Positions 18,353 to 27,858 of a DNA stretch of 64,000 nucleotides are shown piece by piece. How positions within the stretch are numbered: position 1 is the stretch's first letter; each line of letters starts with the position of its first letter. Origin of the DNA: a virus. Taxonomy: Duplodnaviria > Caudoviricetes. Location: the IMG/VR virus record IMGVR_UViG_3300011336_000387, positions 1,850-65,849 of that record. The stretch is one strand, 5' to 3'. A model generated the notes under the pieces. That model saw only the letters and a program-made list of their open reading frames with translations. It was not told where the DNA came from and ran no database searches. Position numbers and translations under genes: made by a program.

Positions 18353-21103
18353 ATGCAAATAATAAATGCAATACAAGCTAAAAAAGGAGCTAAAACTGAT
18401 CATAATAGATTAGCATCTATAACACAACCATTACAGTTTCTTTCTAGAAAAGAAAAAGATGAACAATGGGCTGCTTGGAACCTAGACTGGGTAGAATGGA
18501 AAGGTCTAGTACAAATCCGTAGAAATGCCCGCAGGTTAATGAAGAACTATAAGCTTGCAAAAGGTATCATAGACAAGTCAGATTACATAGTAGAGGATAA
18601 CAATGATTACAGAGATATTGTAGAAATATTAACAAAAGAAGATCAATCAGCATTAGAGTTAAAGTTTTATCCAATTATCCCAAATGTAATTAATGTACTT
18701 GTAGCAGAGTTTGCAAAAAGATCCACTAAACTTACATATAGAGCAGTAGATGAATTCTCATACAATGAGATGATAGAGCAAAAAAGAAAAATGGTAGAGG
18801 AAACTTTACTAGCTGATGCTCAAATTAAACTTACTGCAGCTTTATTAGAACAAGGATTAGATCCTGATTCTGAAGAAGCAAGACAACAAATGAGTCCAGA
18901 GAATCTTAAAACATTACCAGAAATAGAACAATTCTTTAAAAAAGATTATAGATCTATGGTAGAGGAATGGGCATCACATCAACATAAAGTAGATGTTGAA
19001 AGATTTAGAATGGATGAGTTAGAAGAAAGAGCTTTCAGAGATATGCTTATTACAGACAGAGAGTTCTGGCATTTCCGCATGATGGAAGATGACTATGAAG
19101 TAGAGTTATGGAATCCTGCTATTACATTCTATCACAAGTCTCCAGATTCAAGATATATATCTCAATCTAATTGGGTTGGTAAAACAGATATGATGACAGC
19201 TGCTGATGTTATTGATAGATATGGATACATAATGACAGAAGAACAGTTAGAAGCATTAGAAGCTGTTTATCCTATCAGATCTGCTGGTTATACAATAGGT
19301 GGAGTACAAAATGATGGATCATTCTATGATGGTACTAAATCTCATGAGCAAAATGTTAATATGCCTTCTCTAGGGTATAGACAGTACACTAGTGCAATGG
19401 GAGGATCTGTATTAGAATCTGGTGATATTATTAATCAGATACTAAGTGAAGGAGAAGATTATTATGACCAAGGTACTGCATTTTTATTAAGAGTATCTAC
19501 AATCTATTGGAAATCCCAAAGAAAACTTGGACACTTAACAAGTGTTGCTGAAAATGGTGAAGTAACAAATGAAATAGTTAGTGAAAATTATGAAGTGGAA
19601 AATAAACCAATTTATGATACTAGACTATTTAAGAATAAAAGTAAAGACAATATTGTATTTGGAGATCATATTGATTGGATCTGGATTAATGAAGTTTGGG
19701 GTGGTGTAAAAATTGGTCCAAATATTCCTTCATTTTGGGGTATGAATAATCCAGGTGGATTTTCTCCTATATATATTGGAGTAGATAAAAACAAAATTAA
19801 CCCTCTTAAGTTTCAATTTAAAGGAGACAATACTTTATATGGTTGTAAACTTCCTGTAGAAGGATCTGTATTCTCAGATAGAAATACTAAGTCAACAGCT
19901 TTATTAGATTTAATGAAGCCATACCAAATTGGATATAACATAGTAAACAATCAGATTGCTGACATATTAGTAGATGAGTTAGGAACTATTATCATGTTAG
20001 ACCAGAATACTCTTCCTAGACATTCACTAGGAGAAGATTGGGGAAAAGGTAATTTAGCTAAAGCTTATGTAGCAATGAAGAACTTCCAGATGCTACCATT
20101 GGATACCAGTATTACCAATACAGAGAATGCTCTTAACTTCCAACATTTCCAGAAACTAGATCTATCTCAGACAGAAAGATTAATGTCAAGAATACAAATA
20201 GCAAACTACTTTAAGTCTCAAGCATATGAAGTAATAGGTGTTAATCCTCAAAGGATGGGACAACAGTTATCTCAAATGACTGCTACAGGTGTAGAACAAG
20301 CTGCTGCAGCATCTTATGCACAGACAGAGGTATTCTTTATTCAACACTGTGATTATCTAATGCCTAGGGTACACCAAATGCGTACTGACTTAGCACAGTA
20401 TTATCACTCAACTAAACCATCAGCAAGATTAACATATATTACAGGTGCTGATGAAAAAGTTAATTTTCAAATAAATGGTACTGACTTATTAATGAGAGAT
20501 CTTAACATCTTTTGTAGTACTACTGCAAATCATAGATCAGTTCTTGAACAATTAAAACAAATGGCCATGACTAATAATACAGCAGGTGCTAGTATTTATG
20601 ATCTTGGTAAAATTGTACAAGCTGATTCTATTGCTCAACTTAATACTGTTCTTAAAACTTCTGAAGAAAAACAACAGAAACAAAAACAAGAGGAGATGCA
20701 GCAGCAACAACAAATGCAAAGTGAACAACTAGCATCTCAGGAAAAACAGAAACAGATGATGATTCAGGCTGAAGCTGATAACCAGGATAAACAACTACAG
20801 AATAATATTACTGTTGCTGAAATTAAAGCTGCTGGATATGGTTCTGCTGTAGATGTTAATAAAAATGAAATGTCTGACTATCAAGATGCTATGAAAGACA
20901 TCCGTCAAACTGAGCAATACCAACAGCAAACTAATATTGCTAGAGATAAACAATCTAATGAGAATTTAAGACATTCTCAAAAGATGGCTATTGAACAAGA
21001 AAAGTTACAAGTACAAAAAGATATTGCTGATAAACAACTTGAGATAGCTAGAATTAATAAAAATAAGTTTGATAAAGGAGGCAATGATAAAAAGAAAGAG
21101 TAG
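18353..21103 (+). CDS. portal protein (crAss-like)
   Basis: 916 aa after TerL with crAss-type size, YPIIPNVINVL and KPYQIGYNIVNNQI motifs, and a Q-rich coiled-coil C-terminus. Confidence 0.8.
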   Translation: MQIINAIQAKKGAKTDHNRLASITQPLQFLSRKEKDEQWAAWNLDWVEWKGLVQIRRNARRLMKNYKLAKGIIDKSDYIVEDNNDYRDIVEILTKEDQSALELKFYPIIPNVINVLVAEFAKRSTKLTYRAVDEFSYNEMIEQKRKMVEETLLADAQIKLTAALLEQGLDPDSEEARQQMSPENLKTLPEIEQFFKKDYRSMVEEWASHQHKVDVERFRMDELEERAFRDMLITDREFWHFRMMEDDYEVELWNPAITFYHKSPDSRYISQSNWVGKTDMMTAADVIDRYGYIMTEEQLEALEAVYPIRSAGYTIGGVQNDGSFYDGTKSHEQNVNMPSLGYRQYTSAMGGSVLESGDIINQILSEGEDYYDQGTAFLLRVSTIYWKSQRKLGHLTSVAENGEVTNEIVSENYEVENKPIYDTRLFKNKSKDNIVFGDHIDWIWINEVWGGVKIGPNIPSFWGMNNPGGFSPIYIGVDKNKINPLKFQFKGDNTLYGCKLPVEGSVFSDRNTKSTALLDLMKPYQIGYNIVNNQIADILVDELGTIIMLDQNTLPRHSLGEDWGKGNLAKAYVAMKNFQMLPLDTSITNTENALNFQHFQKLDLSQTERLMSRIQIANYFKSQAYEVIGVNPQRMGQQLSQMTATGVEQAAAASYAQTEVFFIQHCDYLMPRVHQMRTDLAQYYHSTKPSARLTYITGADEKVNFQINGTDLLMRDLNIFCSTTANHRSVLEQLKQMAMTNNTAGASIYDLGKIVQADSIAQLNTVLKTSEEKQQKQKQEEMQQQQQMQSEQLASQEKQKQMMIQAEADNQDKQLQNNITVAEIKAAGYGSAVDVNKNEMSDYQDAMKDIRQTEQYQQQTNIARDKQSNENLRHSQKMAIEQEKLQVQKDIADKQLEIARINKNKFDKGGNDKKKE

Positions 21104-21141
21104 GTTAGCTATGTATTACAAAAAAATAGTTTTAAGCTTTT

Positions 21142-21175
21142 AAATTTATCAAGTTTAATTTGTATATTAAAGTAT
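21142..21175 (+). promoter_or_regulatory. putative phage promoter upstream of scaffold and capsid genes
   Basis: AAATTT-ATC-AAGTTT near-palindrome followed by TATATTAAAGTAT (TATATT at 21163). Confidence 0.45.
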
Positions 21176-21192
21176 AAACAAAAACCAACAAC

Positions 21193-22455
21193 ATGAGTAA
21201 AGAAATTGATGACCTTAACAAAGAGGTAAAAGATTCTACAACGGTAGATCTAGTAGATGTAAATATTGATGAGTTATTTGGCACCCCTGGAGCAGAAAGT
21301 ATTATGCTACCTTCAGATGGAGATTCAGATGATAAACCAAAGTCCATGTTCTCTAAAGGGAATGTAGACACTTCGTTCCTTGACAACCCTGCAAGACCTA
21401 CTGATAAAGTAGAAGAGGCAGAAAAGAAAGCAGAAGTTGATGAAACTATTGCAGAGCTTGATAACTTAATCAGTCAAGAAGAAGATGCTGGTAATAAAGG
21501 TAGACCAAAGATTGATAAATCAGGTCTTTATGAACTAGCACAGAAGATGATTGAAGAAGGAGCTTTAGTAGCTTTTGATGATGATAAACCATTAGAAGAA
21601 TATAGTACTAAAGACTTTAGAGAATTGTTTGAAGCTAACTTCCAAGAAAGAGAAGACAAGATTAAAAAGAATGTTCCAAAAGAATTTTTTAATTCTTTAC
21701 CAGAGGAACTTCAAATTGCAGCTAAGTATGTAGCTGATGGAGGACAAGACTTAAAAGGATTATTTAGAACACTTGCACAAGTAGAAGAAATGATTCAATT
21801 AGATCCTTCAAATGAATATGATCAAGCAGAAATTGCAAGACAATATTTATATGCTACTAATTTTGGAACCCCAGAAGAAATAGAATCTGAAGTTCAAGAT
21901 TGGAATGACTTAGGAAAACTAGAGCAAAAAGCTAACCAGTTTAAACCAAAGTTAGATAGAATGCAAGAAGAAATTGTTGCAAGACAGTTAGCAGAACAAG
22001 AACATAAAAAAGAACAACAAACTCAGGCAGCAAAAGCGTATACAGATAATGTATATAATACACTTTTGACAGGTGAATTAGGAGGTATTAAACTTGATAA
22101 AAAGACACAGAGTCAACTTTACTCAGGATTAGTTCAACCAAATTATCCATCAATTTCTGGTAAACCTACAAACATGCTAGGACACTTATTAGAAAAGTAT
22201 CAGTTTGTAGAGCCAAGACATGACTTAATTGCAGAAGCTCTTTGGTTACTTTCAGATCCAGAAGGATATAAAGGAAGAGTAAGAGAGCAAGGTGGTAAAC
22301 AAGCTACTGAAAAAGCAGTAAGAATGTTAAAAACAGAGGAGGCTAGAAAAAATACAGCAACAGCACTTGATGAAGAGCCAGAGCAAAGAAATTCTAGTAA
22401 CAAACCTCAAAGAACACTTCCTAGAAATGGTGGCAACATATTCAGGAAATTTTAA
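21193..22455 (+). CDS. scaffold / head assembly protein
   Basis: 420 aa, very acidic and helical, between the portal and the major capsid protein. Confidence 0.65.
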   Translation: MSKEIDDLNKEVKDSTTVDLVDVNIDELFGTPGAESIMLPSDGDSDDKPKSMFSKGNVDTSFLDNPARPTDKVEEAEKKAEVDETIAELDNLISQEEDAGNKGRPKIDKSGLYELAQKMIEEGALVAFDDDKPLEEYSTKDFRELFEANFQEREDKIKKNVPKEFFNSLPEELQIAAKYVADGGQDLKGLFRTLAQVEEMIQLDPSNEYDQAEIARQYLYATNFGTPEEIESEVQDWNDLGKLEQKANQFKPKLDRMQEEIVARQLAEQEHKKEQQTQAAKAYTDNVYNTLLTGELGGIKLDKKTQSQLYSGLVQPNYPSISGKPTNMLGHLLEKYQFVEPRHDLIAEALWLLSDPEGYKGRVREQGGKQATEKAVRMLKTEEARKNTATALDEEPEQRNSSNKPQRTLPRNGGNIFRKF

Positions 22456-22483
22456 ATAGTAACAATTAAAAACAAAATAAAAA

Positions 22484-24100
22484 ATGGCAACTCCAGTTTT
22501 AAACAATGGTATATTCCTTAGAGATACCGCTTACAACGCAAGCTCCCATGTGGATTCTTACCACTTGGTGAACATGCTAAAAGATGCAGAGCCAATGGAT
22601 TTAGGTCCAGTGGATTTATGGGCAATGGCCCAAAAGGTAGAAATGCCACTTTATCAAATGTCTTCATTTGGTGGAAAAAATGTTATAATGGTAGATAATG
22701 CTCGTGGAGAGTACAAATGGCAGACACCAGTGTCTACTGACCTACCTTATATCATTGAGGACATTGAACCAAACAATGAATTTAAAGGTATAGAAGGATC
22801 TACTTTCCGTATCAAACTTAACAGAAGAGAATTTGGACATGGTGATATCATCACATATGACAAATACAATGGTGTTGAGATGTACATTACAGCAGATGAT
22901 ATCCTTAACATTGGTGATGGATTTATCTATACTGTACAGTTAGTAAACAATGATAACTTCAAATACTTAGATAACAAGTATTTAAACAATGGTACTAAAG
23001 TATTCCGTAAGGGTTCTGCCCGTGGGGAATATGGTGAAAGGTTCTCAGACATTACAACAAGAACAGGATTCCGTGAATTCTATAACTTTGTTGGTGGTGC
23101 TGAAGCTCATGTTCACTATTCTATATCTTCACGTGCTGACTTAATGATCAAAGGTGGAATGAATGCAGATGGTACAGTTCCTGTAACTGAAATCTGGAGA
23201 ACATTTGACAAAACTATGGATCCATCTGTGACTTCTTTAGAAGACATGGTAAAAGTTATGGGTAAAGATAAAGTTAAGAAAGCATTTGATAATGGTGATT
23301 TGTCTAGAACATTCCTTACTGGAATGGAAGCAGCTCACTTATCTAAAATTGCTTCTGACATTGAGACTTACTTAATGTGGGGACAAGGTGGTAGAGTTCG
23401 TCAGGATGGTCCAGATGATCTAAGGTTATCAGTAGGTCTTTGGAAGCAGTTGGATAACTCTTTCAAAAGAATCTATAACAAGAATAACTTTACACTTGAC
23501 CTATTCCGTTCTGAGATATATAACTTCTTTAATGGTAAAGTTGAGTTCCAAGGTCCAGATCCAAAACGTTCACTAGTTGTACAAACTGGTATGGGTGGTA
23601 TGCGTATGGTTAATGAGGCTATTAAAAAAGAAGCAATTTCTTCTGGTCTTTTAATTCAAGCTGCTGACATAGGAGCTATCACAGGAAAAGGAATGGACTT
23701 AAACTTTGGTTTTGCTTATACTTCATATGTAATTCCATTCTTAGCTAATGTTAAGTTTGTACTTAATCCAGCATTTGATAATGTTCATACTAATGATATT
23801 GAAAACCCAATCATTGATGGTTTCCCATTATCTTCTTATAGCTTTATCATCTTTGATATCACTGATAATACTAATGACAATATCTTCTTATTGAAGTTGT
23901 CTTGGGATAATCAATTAAAGTGGTGGTACCAAAATGGAACTATGGACTACATGGGCCGTACACAAGGATTCCAGTCTTCAGGACAGTTTAATGGATACCG
24001 TGTAATGATGTCTCAAACAATGCCAGCTATTTGGGTAAAAGACCCAACTAAAGTTTTAAAGATTGTAATGAGAAACCCAATCACTGGTGGATCTTTCTAA
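22484..24100 (+). CDS. major capsid protein
   Basis: 538 aa after portal and scaffold, followed by a strong terminator. It uses many TTC/AAC/CGT codons, suggesting high expression. Confidence 0.8.
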   Translation: MATPVLNNGIFLRDTAYNASSHVDSYHLVNMLKDAEPMDLGPVDLWAMAQKVEMPLYQMSSFGGKNVIMVDNARGEYKWQTPVSTDLPYIIEDIEPNNEFKGIEGSTFRIKLNRREFGHGDIITYDKYNGVEMYITADDILNIGDGFIYTVQLVNNDNFKYLDNKYLNNGTKVFRKGSARGEYGERFSDITTRTGFREFYNFVGGAEAHVHYSISSRADLMIKGGMNADGTVPVTEIWRTFDKTMDPSVTSLEDMVKVMGKDKVKKAFDNGDLSRTFLTGMEAAHLSKIASDIETYLMWGQGGRVRQDGPDDLRLSVGLWKQLDNSFKRIYNKNNFTLDLFRSEIYNFFNGKVEFQGPDPKRSLVVQTGMGGMRMVNEAIKKEAISSGLLIQAADIGAITGKGMDLNFGFAYTSYVIPFLANVKFVLNPAFDNVHTNDIENPIIDGFPLSSYSFIIFDITDNTNDNIFLLKLSWDNQLKWWYQNGTMDYMGRTQGFQSSGQFNGYRVMMSQTMPAIWVKDPTKVLKIVMRNPITGGSF

Positions 24101-24118
24101 CCAGTCACTATAATAAAC

Positions 24119-24146
24119 AAGGAGGGGGAAACTCCTCCTTTTTTTT
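24119..24146 (+). terminator. intrinsic terminator
   Basis: AAGGAGGGG-GAAA-CTCCTCCTT stem with a GNRA loop and a T8 run. Confidence 0.85.
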
Positions 24147-24201
24147 GATTTCAATTTAATTTAACCAATAATAATAATAATAACTAAAAACCAACAACAA
24201 A

Positions 24202-25218
24202 ATGGAAAATTTCACAATGGTAGAAACCGGAAGGGGTACAGTTAAAATAACACCAATAGCTGTAAGACCTTTCTTTGATTCAAGTGCTTCTAATATGGGC
24301 TTAGAAGATTATGGTATGTCTTTATTTGATGGGGTAACTCATCATGAACAATTAGCATGCTTAGAAAATAATGGAGTAGTTAGATACTTAACAGGTCTAA
24401 ATGAATTTGCTCCAGATATTAAATTATTAAATGAGGATGACAAATCTGCAAGGATAAGAGAAATTAGATCTGCAGTATGTGAATTAGAAAAAGAATTAGC
24501 TGCAAATGTAATTGAACTTGATGATCCACAATTTTGGAATAAAGTAAAATTACTTAAACCAGATAATTCTGATTTTTGGAATAAAATAACTTTAGCTTGT
24601 GGTAATGAACCTGTATTCTTAGATCCAAAAGATCCATATGATAGAATTAAATTACATGGTATTGAAGCAGGAGGGTTTTCATTGGTAGCTAAAAGTTATG
24701 ATGATGCAAGATCAAGACCAGTTGCTCCTAAGTTTTACTTAGATAAAACAGAAGAAACTGTAATGGTAAGAACTGAATATAAGAAGTTGCGTAACAAAGC
24801 ACTTTCTGAACTTCAGAAATTATTTGATAAAAATAGTACTAAGTTATTCTACATTGCAAAAGTTGTGGATATAAATAGTACACAATATAAAAAGTCAACA
24901 CCTAATGATGTTATCTATGAAAACATGGATAATTATATTAATGGTTTAGGTGGAGAAAGTAATATGGAACGGGCAGCTAAATCTTTTGTTGAAACTGCTA
25001 ATTTAGACATGGAAGCATTAAAAATTAAATCTATTGTAAGAGATTCCGTTTTTTTTAAGTATATTGTTAATAAGGCAGATGGATATATCTATCATACTAA
25101 AACTAACTCTTTGTTAGGAAGAAATGTGGCAGATGTAGTAGAGTACTTAAAAAATCCTTTAAATGAGGATATTTTAAAAGACTTAACACAGTCTGTTGAG
25201 AAGTATTGGAACTCATAA
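24202..25218 (+). CDS. conserved crAss-like protein following the major capsid protein
   Basis: 338 aa intact ORF in the conserved post-capsid position. Function is not evident from sequence. Confidence 0.6.
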   Translation: MENFTMVETGRGTVKITPIAVRPFFDSSASNMGLEDYGMSLFDGVTHHEQLACLENNGVVRYLTGLNEFAPDIKLLNEDDKSARIREIRSAVCELEKELAANVIELDDPQFWNKVKLLKPDNSDFWNKITLACGNEPVFLDPKDPYDRIKLHGIEAGGFSLVAKSYDDARSRPVAPKFYLDKTEETVMVRTEYKKLRNKALSELQKLFDKNSTKLFYIAKVVDINSTQYKKSTPNDVIYENMDNYINGLGGESNMERAAKSFVETANLDMEALKIKSIVRDSVFFKYIVNKADGYIYHTKTNSLLGRNVADVVEYLKNPLNEDILKDLTQSVEKYWNS

Positions 25219-25230
25219 AATTAATATAAA

Positions 25231-25522
25231 ATGAAAGCAAAAAAAATGCAATATGGTGGTGTTAAAAAAATGCAAAAAGGTGGTATTATTAAAACTAAAA
25301 AAAAATAAAATAAAAAAGGCAAGTAAAGGAGTAATTGTAAAATTGAATGGTAACACACCAGTTCAAAAAACTCCAGGTTCAAAAGGTGTTAAATCAGGTG
25401 TTAACCCAAAAGCTGCAGCATCAAAAGTTGCTAAAGGTAAAGTAGGTGGAACATCTTCTGCTCCAAAAACTGCAATACCTAAAGCTAAAATGGGCGGAAG
25501 CATGAAAGGTAAAAGCTGTTAA
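25231..25522 (+). CDS. small basic GG-motif protein, apparently split by a frameshift at an A9 tract
   Basis: 25231-25308 encodes MKAKKMQYGGVKKMQKGGIIKTKKK*. The +1 frame continues NKIKKASKG...AKMGGSMKGKSC to 25522. A9 lies at 25297-25305. Confidence 0.55.
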
Positions 25523-25524
25523 TA

Positions 25525-25863
25525 GTGCCTAAAGATGCCTGCTATAGTAAAGTAAAAGCACAGTATGCTGTGTTTCCTTCAGCAAGGGCTTCTCAAGCAA
25601 TTGCTAAATGTAGGAAAGGTTCTGGTGTAGTTAGAAAAACTAAAGCAGGTTCAAACCTTAAAAGATGGCAAGCAGAAAAATGGCAAGATACTAAATCAGG
25701 AAAAGCTTGTGGTGCCGGTGGTTCTAATGAATACTGCCGGCCTACAAAAAGAGTATCAAAGGATACTCCTAAAACAAAGTATGAATTAACTCCTTCTAAA
25801 TTAGCTGCTAAGAAAGCTGAAAAGTCTAGAGTAGGTATGGGAAGAAGAGTAAAAAAAGCATAG
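25525..25863 (+). CDS. small basic Cys-containing protein (DUF5872-like)
   Basis: LKRWQAEKWQD...KACG...YCRPTKRVSKDTPKT; start codon is GTG. Confidence 0.65.
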   Translation: MPKDACYSKVKAQYAVFPSARASQAIAKCRKGSGVVRKTKAGSNLKRWQAEKWQDTKSGKACGAGGSNEYCRPTKRVSKDTPKTKYELTPSKLAAKKAEKSRVGMGRRVKKA

Positions 25864-25865
25864 TT

Positions 25866-26138
25866 ATGGCAAAGACAGCAGCTTGGACAAGAAAAGAAGG
25901 TAAGAATAAAACCGGAGGTTTAAATGCAAAGGGAGTAGCCAGTTATAGAGCAGCTAATCCGGGATCTAAACTTAAGATGGCAGTCACTACTAAGCCATCT
26001 AAGTTAGATCCAAATGGCAAAGCAGCAAAGAGAAGGCGGAGCTTTTGTGCTAGAATGTCTGGGATGCCTGGACCTATGAAAGATGAAAAAGGCAGACCAA
26101 CAAGAAAAGCTCTTTCTTTAAGAAAATGGAATTGTTAA
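25866..26138 (+). CDS. small basic protein (DUF6321-like)
   Basis: AWTRKEGK...GGLNAKGVASYR..NPGSKLK...RRSFCARM...SLRKWNC; 24 of 90 residues are K or R. Confidence 0.75.
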   Translation: MAKTAAWTRKEGKNKTGGLNAKGVASYRAANPGSKLKMAVTTKPSKLDPNGKAAKRRRSFCARMSGMPGPMKDEKGRPTRKALSLRKWNC

Positions 26139-26153
26139 TTTAATATATACAAA

Positions 26154-26525
26154 ATGAAAACAAAATGCATGAGCTGTGGTGGTTCAATGAAGAAAATGGC
26201 TAAAGGTGGTATGCCAAGTAAAACTCCAATCTTAGGTCCTCCTAAAAAACCATTTGCTGCAGGTATACCTTACTTTATAGGTGCTGGACAAACAGGTCCA
26301 TCTTCTATGAAATCAGGAGGTTCAGTAAGCCGTGCAGTACAACCTTCTTGTAAAAGTGGTATGGTAAGAGGTGAAGATGGTAGATGTGTAAAAGCAAGAC
26401 CAATTCAGTTTGGTTCTGGAGGTTCTACTAAAAATGCTAAGTTAGCTGCATTAGCTGCGCCATATAATAAAATTACAAGAGCTGATATTATTACAGGTGC
26501 TAAAAAGAATGCTAAAAAGAAATAA
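26154..26525 (+). CDS. small basic GG-motif protein
   Basis: Contains MSCGG, MAKGG, MKSGG and FGSGG; Lys-rich. Confidence 0.65.
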   Translation: MKTKCMSCGGSMKKMAKGGMPSKTPILGPPKKPFAAGIPYFIGAGQTGPSSMKSGGSVSRAVQPSCKSGMVRGEDGRCVKARPIQFGSGGSTKNAKLAALAAPYNKITRADIITGAKKNAKKK

Positions 26526-26527
26526 TC

Positions 26528-26674
26528 ATGGCTGAGAAGAAGGATAAGAAATGGATACAAAAAGCAGTTAACCCTAAACATAAAGGTTTTTGTACTCCTC
26601 TTACTAAAAAAACTTGTACACCAAAAAGAAAAGCTCTTGCAATGACTTTTAAAAAAATGGCTAAAAATAAATAG
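26528..26674 (+). CDS. 48-aa basic peptide (not in ORF track)
   Basis: MAEKKDKKWIQKAVNPKHKGFCTPLTKKTCTPKRKALAMTFKKMAKNK; 16 of 48 residues are K or R; tightly packed between neighbours. Confidence 0.65.
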   Translation: MAEKKDKKWIQKAVNPKHKGFCTPLTKKTCTPKRKALAMTFKKMAKNK

Positions 26675-26677
26675 ATC

Positions 26678-26740
26678 ATGTTAAATAGTACTATTACTAT
26701 AAAGATAAAACAGAGAATCAATAAATTAGATAGATTATAA
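26678..26740 (+). pseudogene. orphaned original 5' end of the 27147 gene (20-codon mini-ORF)
   Basis: MLNSTITIKIKQRINKLDRL* versus MLNSTLVIKIKQRINKLDSN at 27147; 44 of 56 nt identical. The stop overlaps the endonuclease start (TAATG). Confidence 0.8.
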
Positions 26741-27153
26741 TGGGAAGAGATCTTGAAAATAAAAAGGAATACCAAAAAAAATACTATCTTAAAAATAAAG
26801 AGAGGCTCTTAGAGTATAGAAAAAATTTTTATAATGATAATAGAGAGGTAGCAATTGAAAGATCTAAGACTTGGGCTGAAAATAATAAAAGACAAAGAAA
26901 ACATAATGTATTAAAATCAACCTATAATATTACTATTGATGATTTTGAAAAAATGTTAGAAGATCAAGATTATAAATGTTATTGTTGTGCAGTTGAACAT
27001 AGTGAATTAAAAAATGGATTATATGTAGATCATTGTCATAATACAAATAAGGTTAGAGGTTTGCTTTGTTCAACATGTAACTTAGCTATAGGTTATGCAA
27101 AAGATAATATAAAAACATTACAAAACATGATAAAATATTTAGAAAAATGTTAA
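26740..27153 (+). mobile_element. free-standing homing endonuclease, endonuclease VII (His-Me) family
   Basis: YNITIDDFEKMLEDQDYKCYCC...VDHCHNTNKVRGLLCSTCNLAIG; flanked by duplicated starts of the host gene. Confidence 0.85.
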
Positions 27154-27845
27154 ATTCAACACTTGTAATAAAAATAAAACAGCGCATCAATAAATTGGAT
27201 AGCAATGACTATGACAATATAGAATGTTGGCAAATAGTAGAAGCATTTAATAAGGCTCAAGTAGAATGGTCAAGAAGACAACTGCATGGAATTAATATTC
27301 TTAAAGAAGGAGATGAACAATCTACTAGAAGAAAAGATGACTTACAAGTATTATTAAATTCTCAATCTTTAACTATTAATCCTAAAGAGTATTATTATAA
27401 GGCTTTACTTCCTGAAGATTATATGCAATGGAAAAGAGTTGATGTACTAGCAAAAAAAGATTGTTGTGAAAAAAGAAGAATGACAGTTTATTTTGCAGAA
27501 GAAGGAAATCTTAATCAGCTTTTAAGAGATAAATCTAAACAACCAAGTTTTGAGTGGGGAGAAACCTTTGCTACATTAATTAATAATAATGTACATATTT
27601 ACACAAATAAAGATTTTGAGGTACAAGATGCTAATATAGTTTATTACAGACAACCTGTAAAAATTCAAGTTCAAGGATGTGTTGACCCATATACAGGAGT
27701 AGCATCACCTACTAATATTCAATGTGAATTTAAAGATGATATAATTGAAGTTATAATAGATGAAGCAGTTGCTGTATTAGCTGGAGACATTGAATCAGGA
27801 AATCAATATGCAAGAGGCACAGAAAGTGCTGAAAGAAATAATTAA
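27147..27845 (+). CDS. crAss-like tail ring / head-tail connector protein
   Basis: 232 aa with FNKAQ, PSFEWGET and YYRQP motifs, in the conserved structural block. Confidence 0.55.
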   Translation: MLNSTLVIKIKQRINKLDSNDYDNIECWQIVEAFNKAQVEWSRRQLHGINILKEGDEQSTRRKDDLQVLLNSQSLTINPKEYYYKALLPEDYMQWKRVDVLAKKDCCEKRRMTVYFAEEGNLNQLLRDKSKQPSFEWGETFATLINNNVHIYTNKDFEVQDANIVYYRQPVKIQVQGCVDPYTGVASPTNIQCEFKDDIIEVIIDEAVAVLAGDIESGNQYARGTESAERNN

Positions 27846-27858
27846 AATTTAAAAAAAA

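Noticed and set aside
21080-24100. GG near the C-termini of portal (FDKGG), scaffold (PRNGG) and capsid (ITGG) as part of the GG-tag system
   Set aside because: These are single, weaker matches that could be chance, so they were not counted.
8530-24183. (TA)n at 8530-8550 and (AAT)n at 24168-24183
   Set aside because: Short low-complexity runs expected in very AT-rich spacers, with no evidence of function beyond the promoter motif.
26734-27202. Group I intron carrying the EndoVII gene
   Set aside because: The upstream exon would end in G rather than U, the interval is almost entirely coding with no room for a ribozyme core, and the downstream gene has its own complete start.
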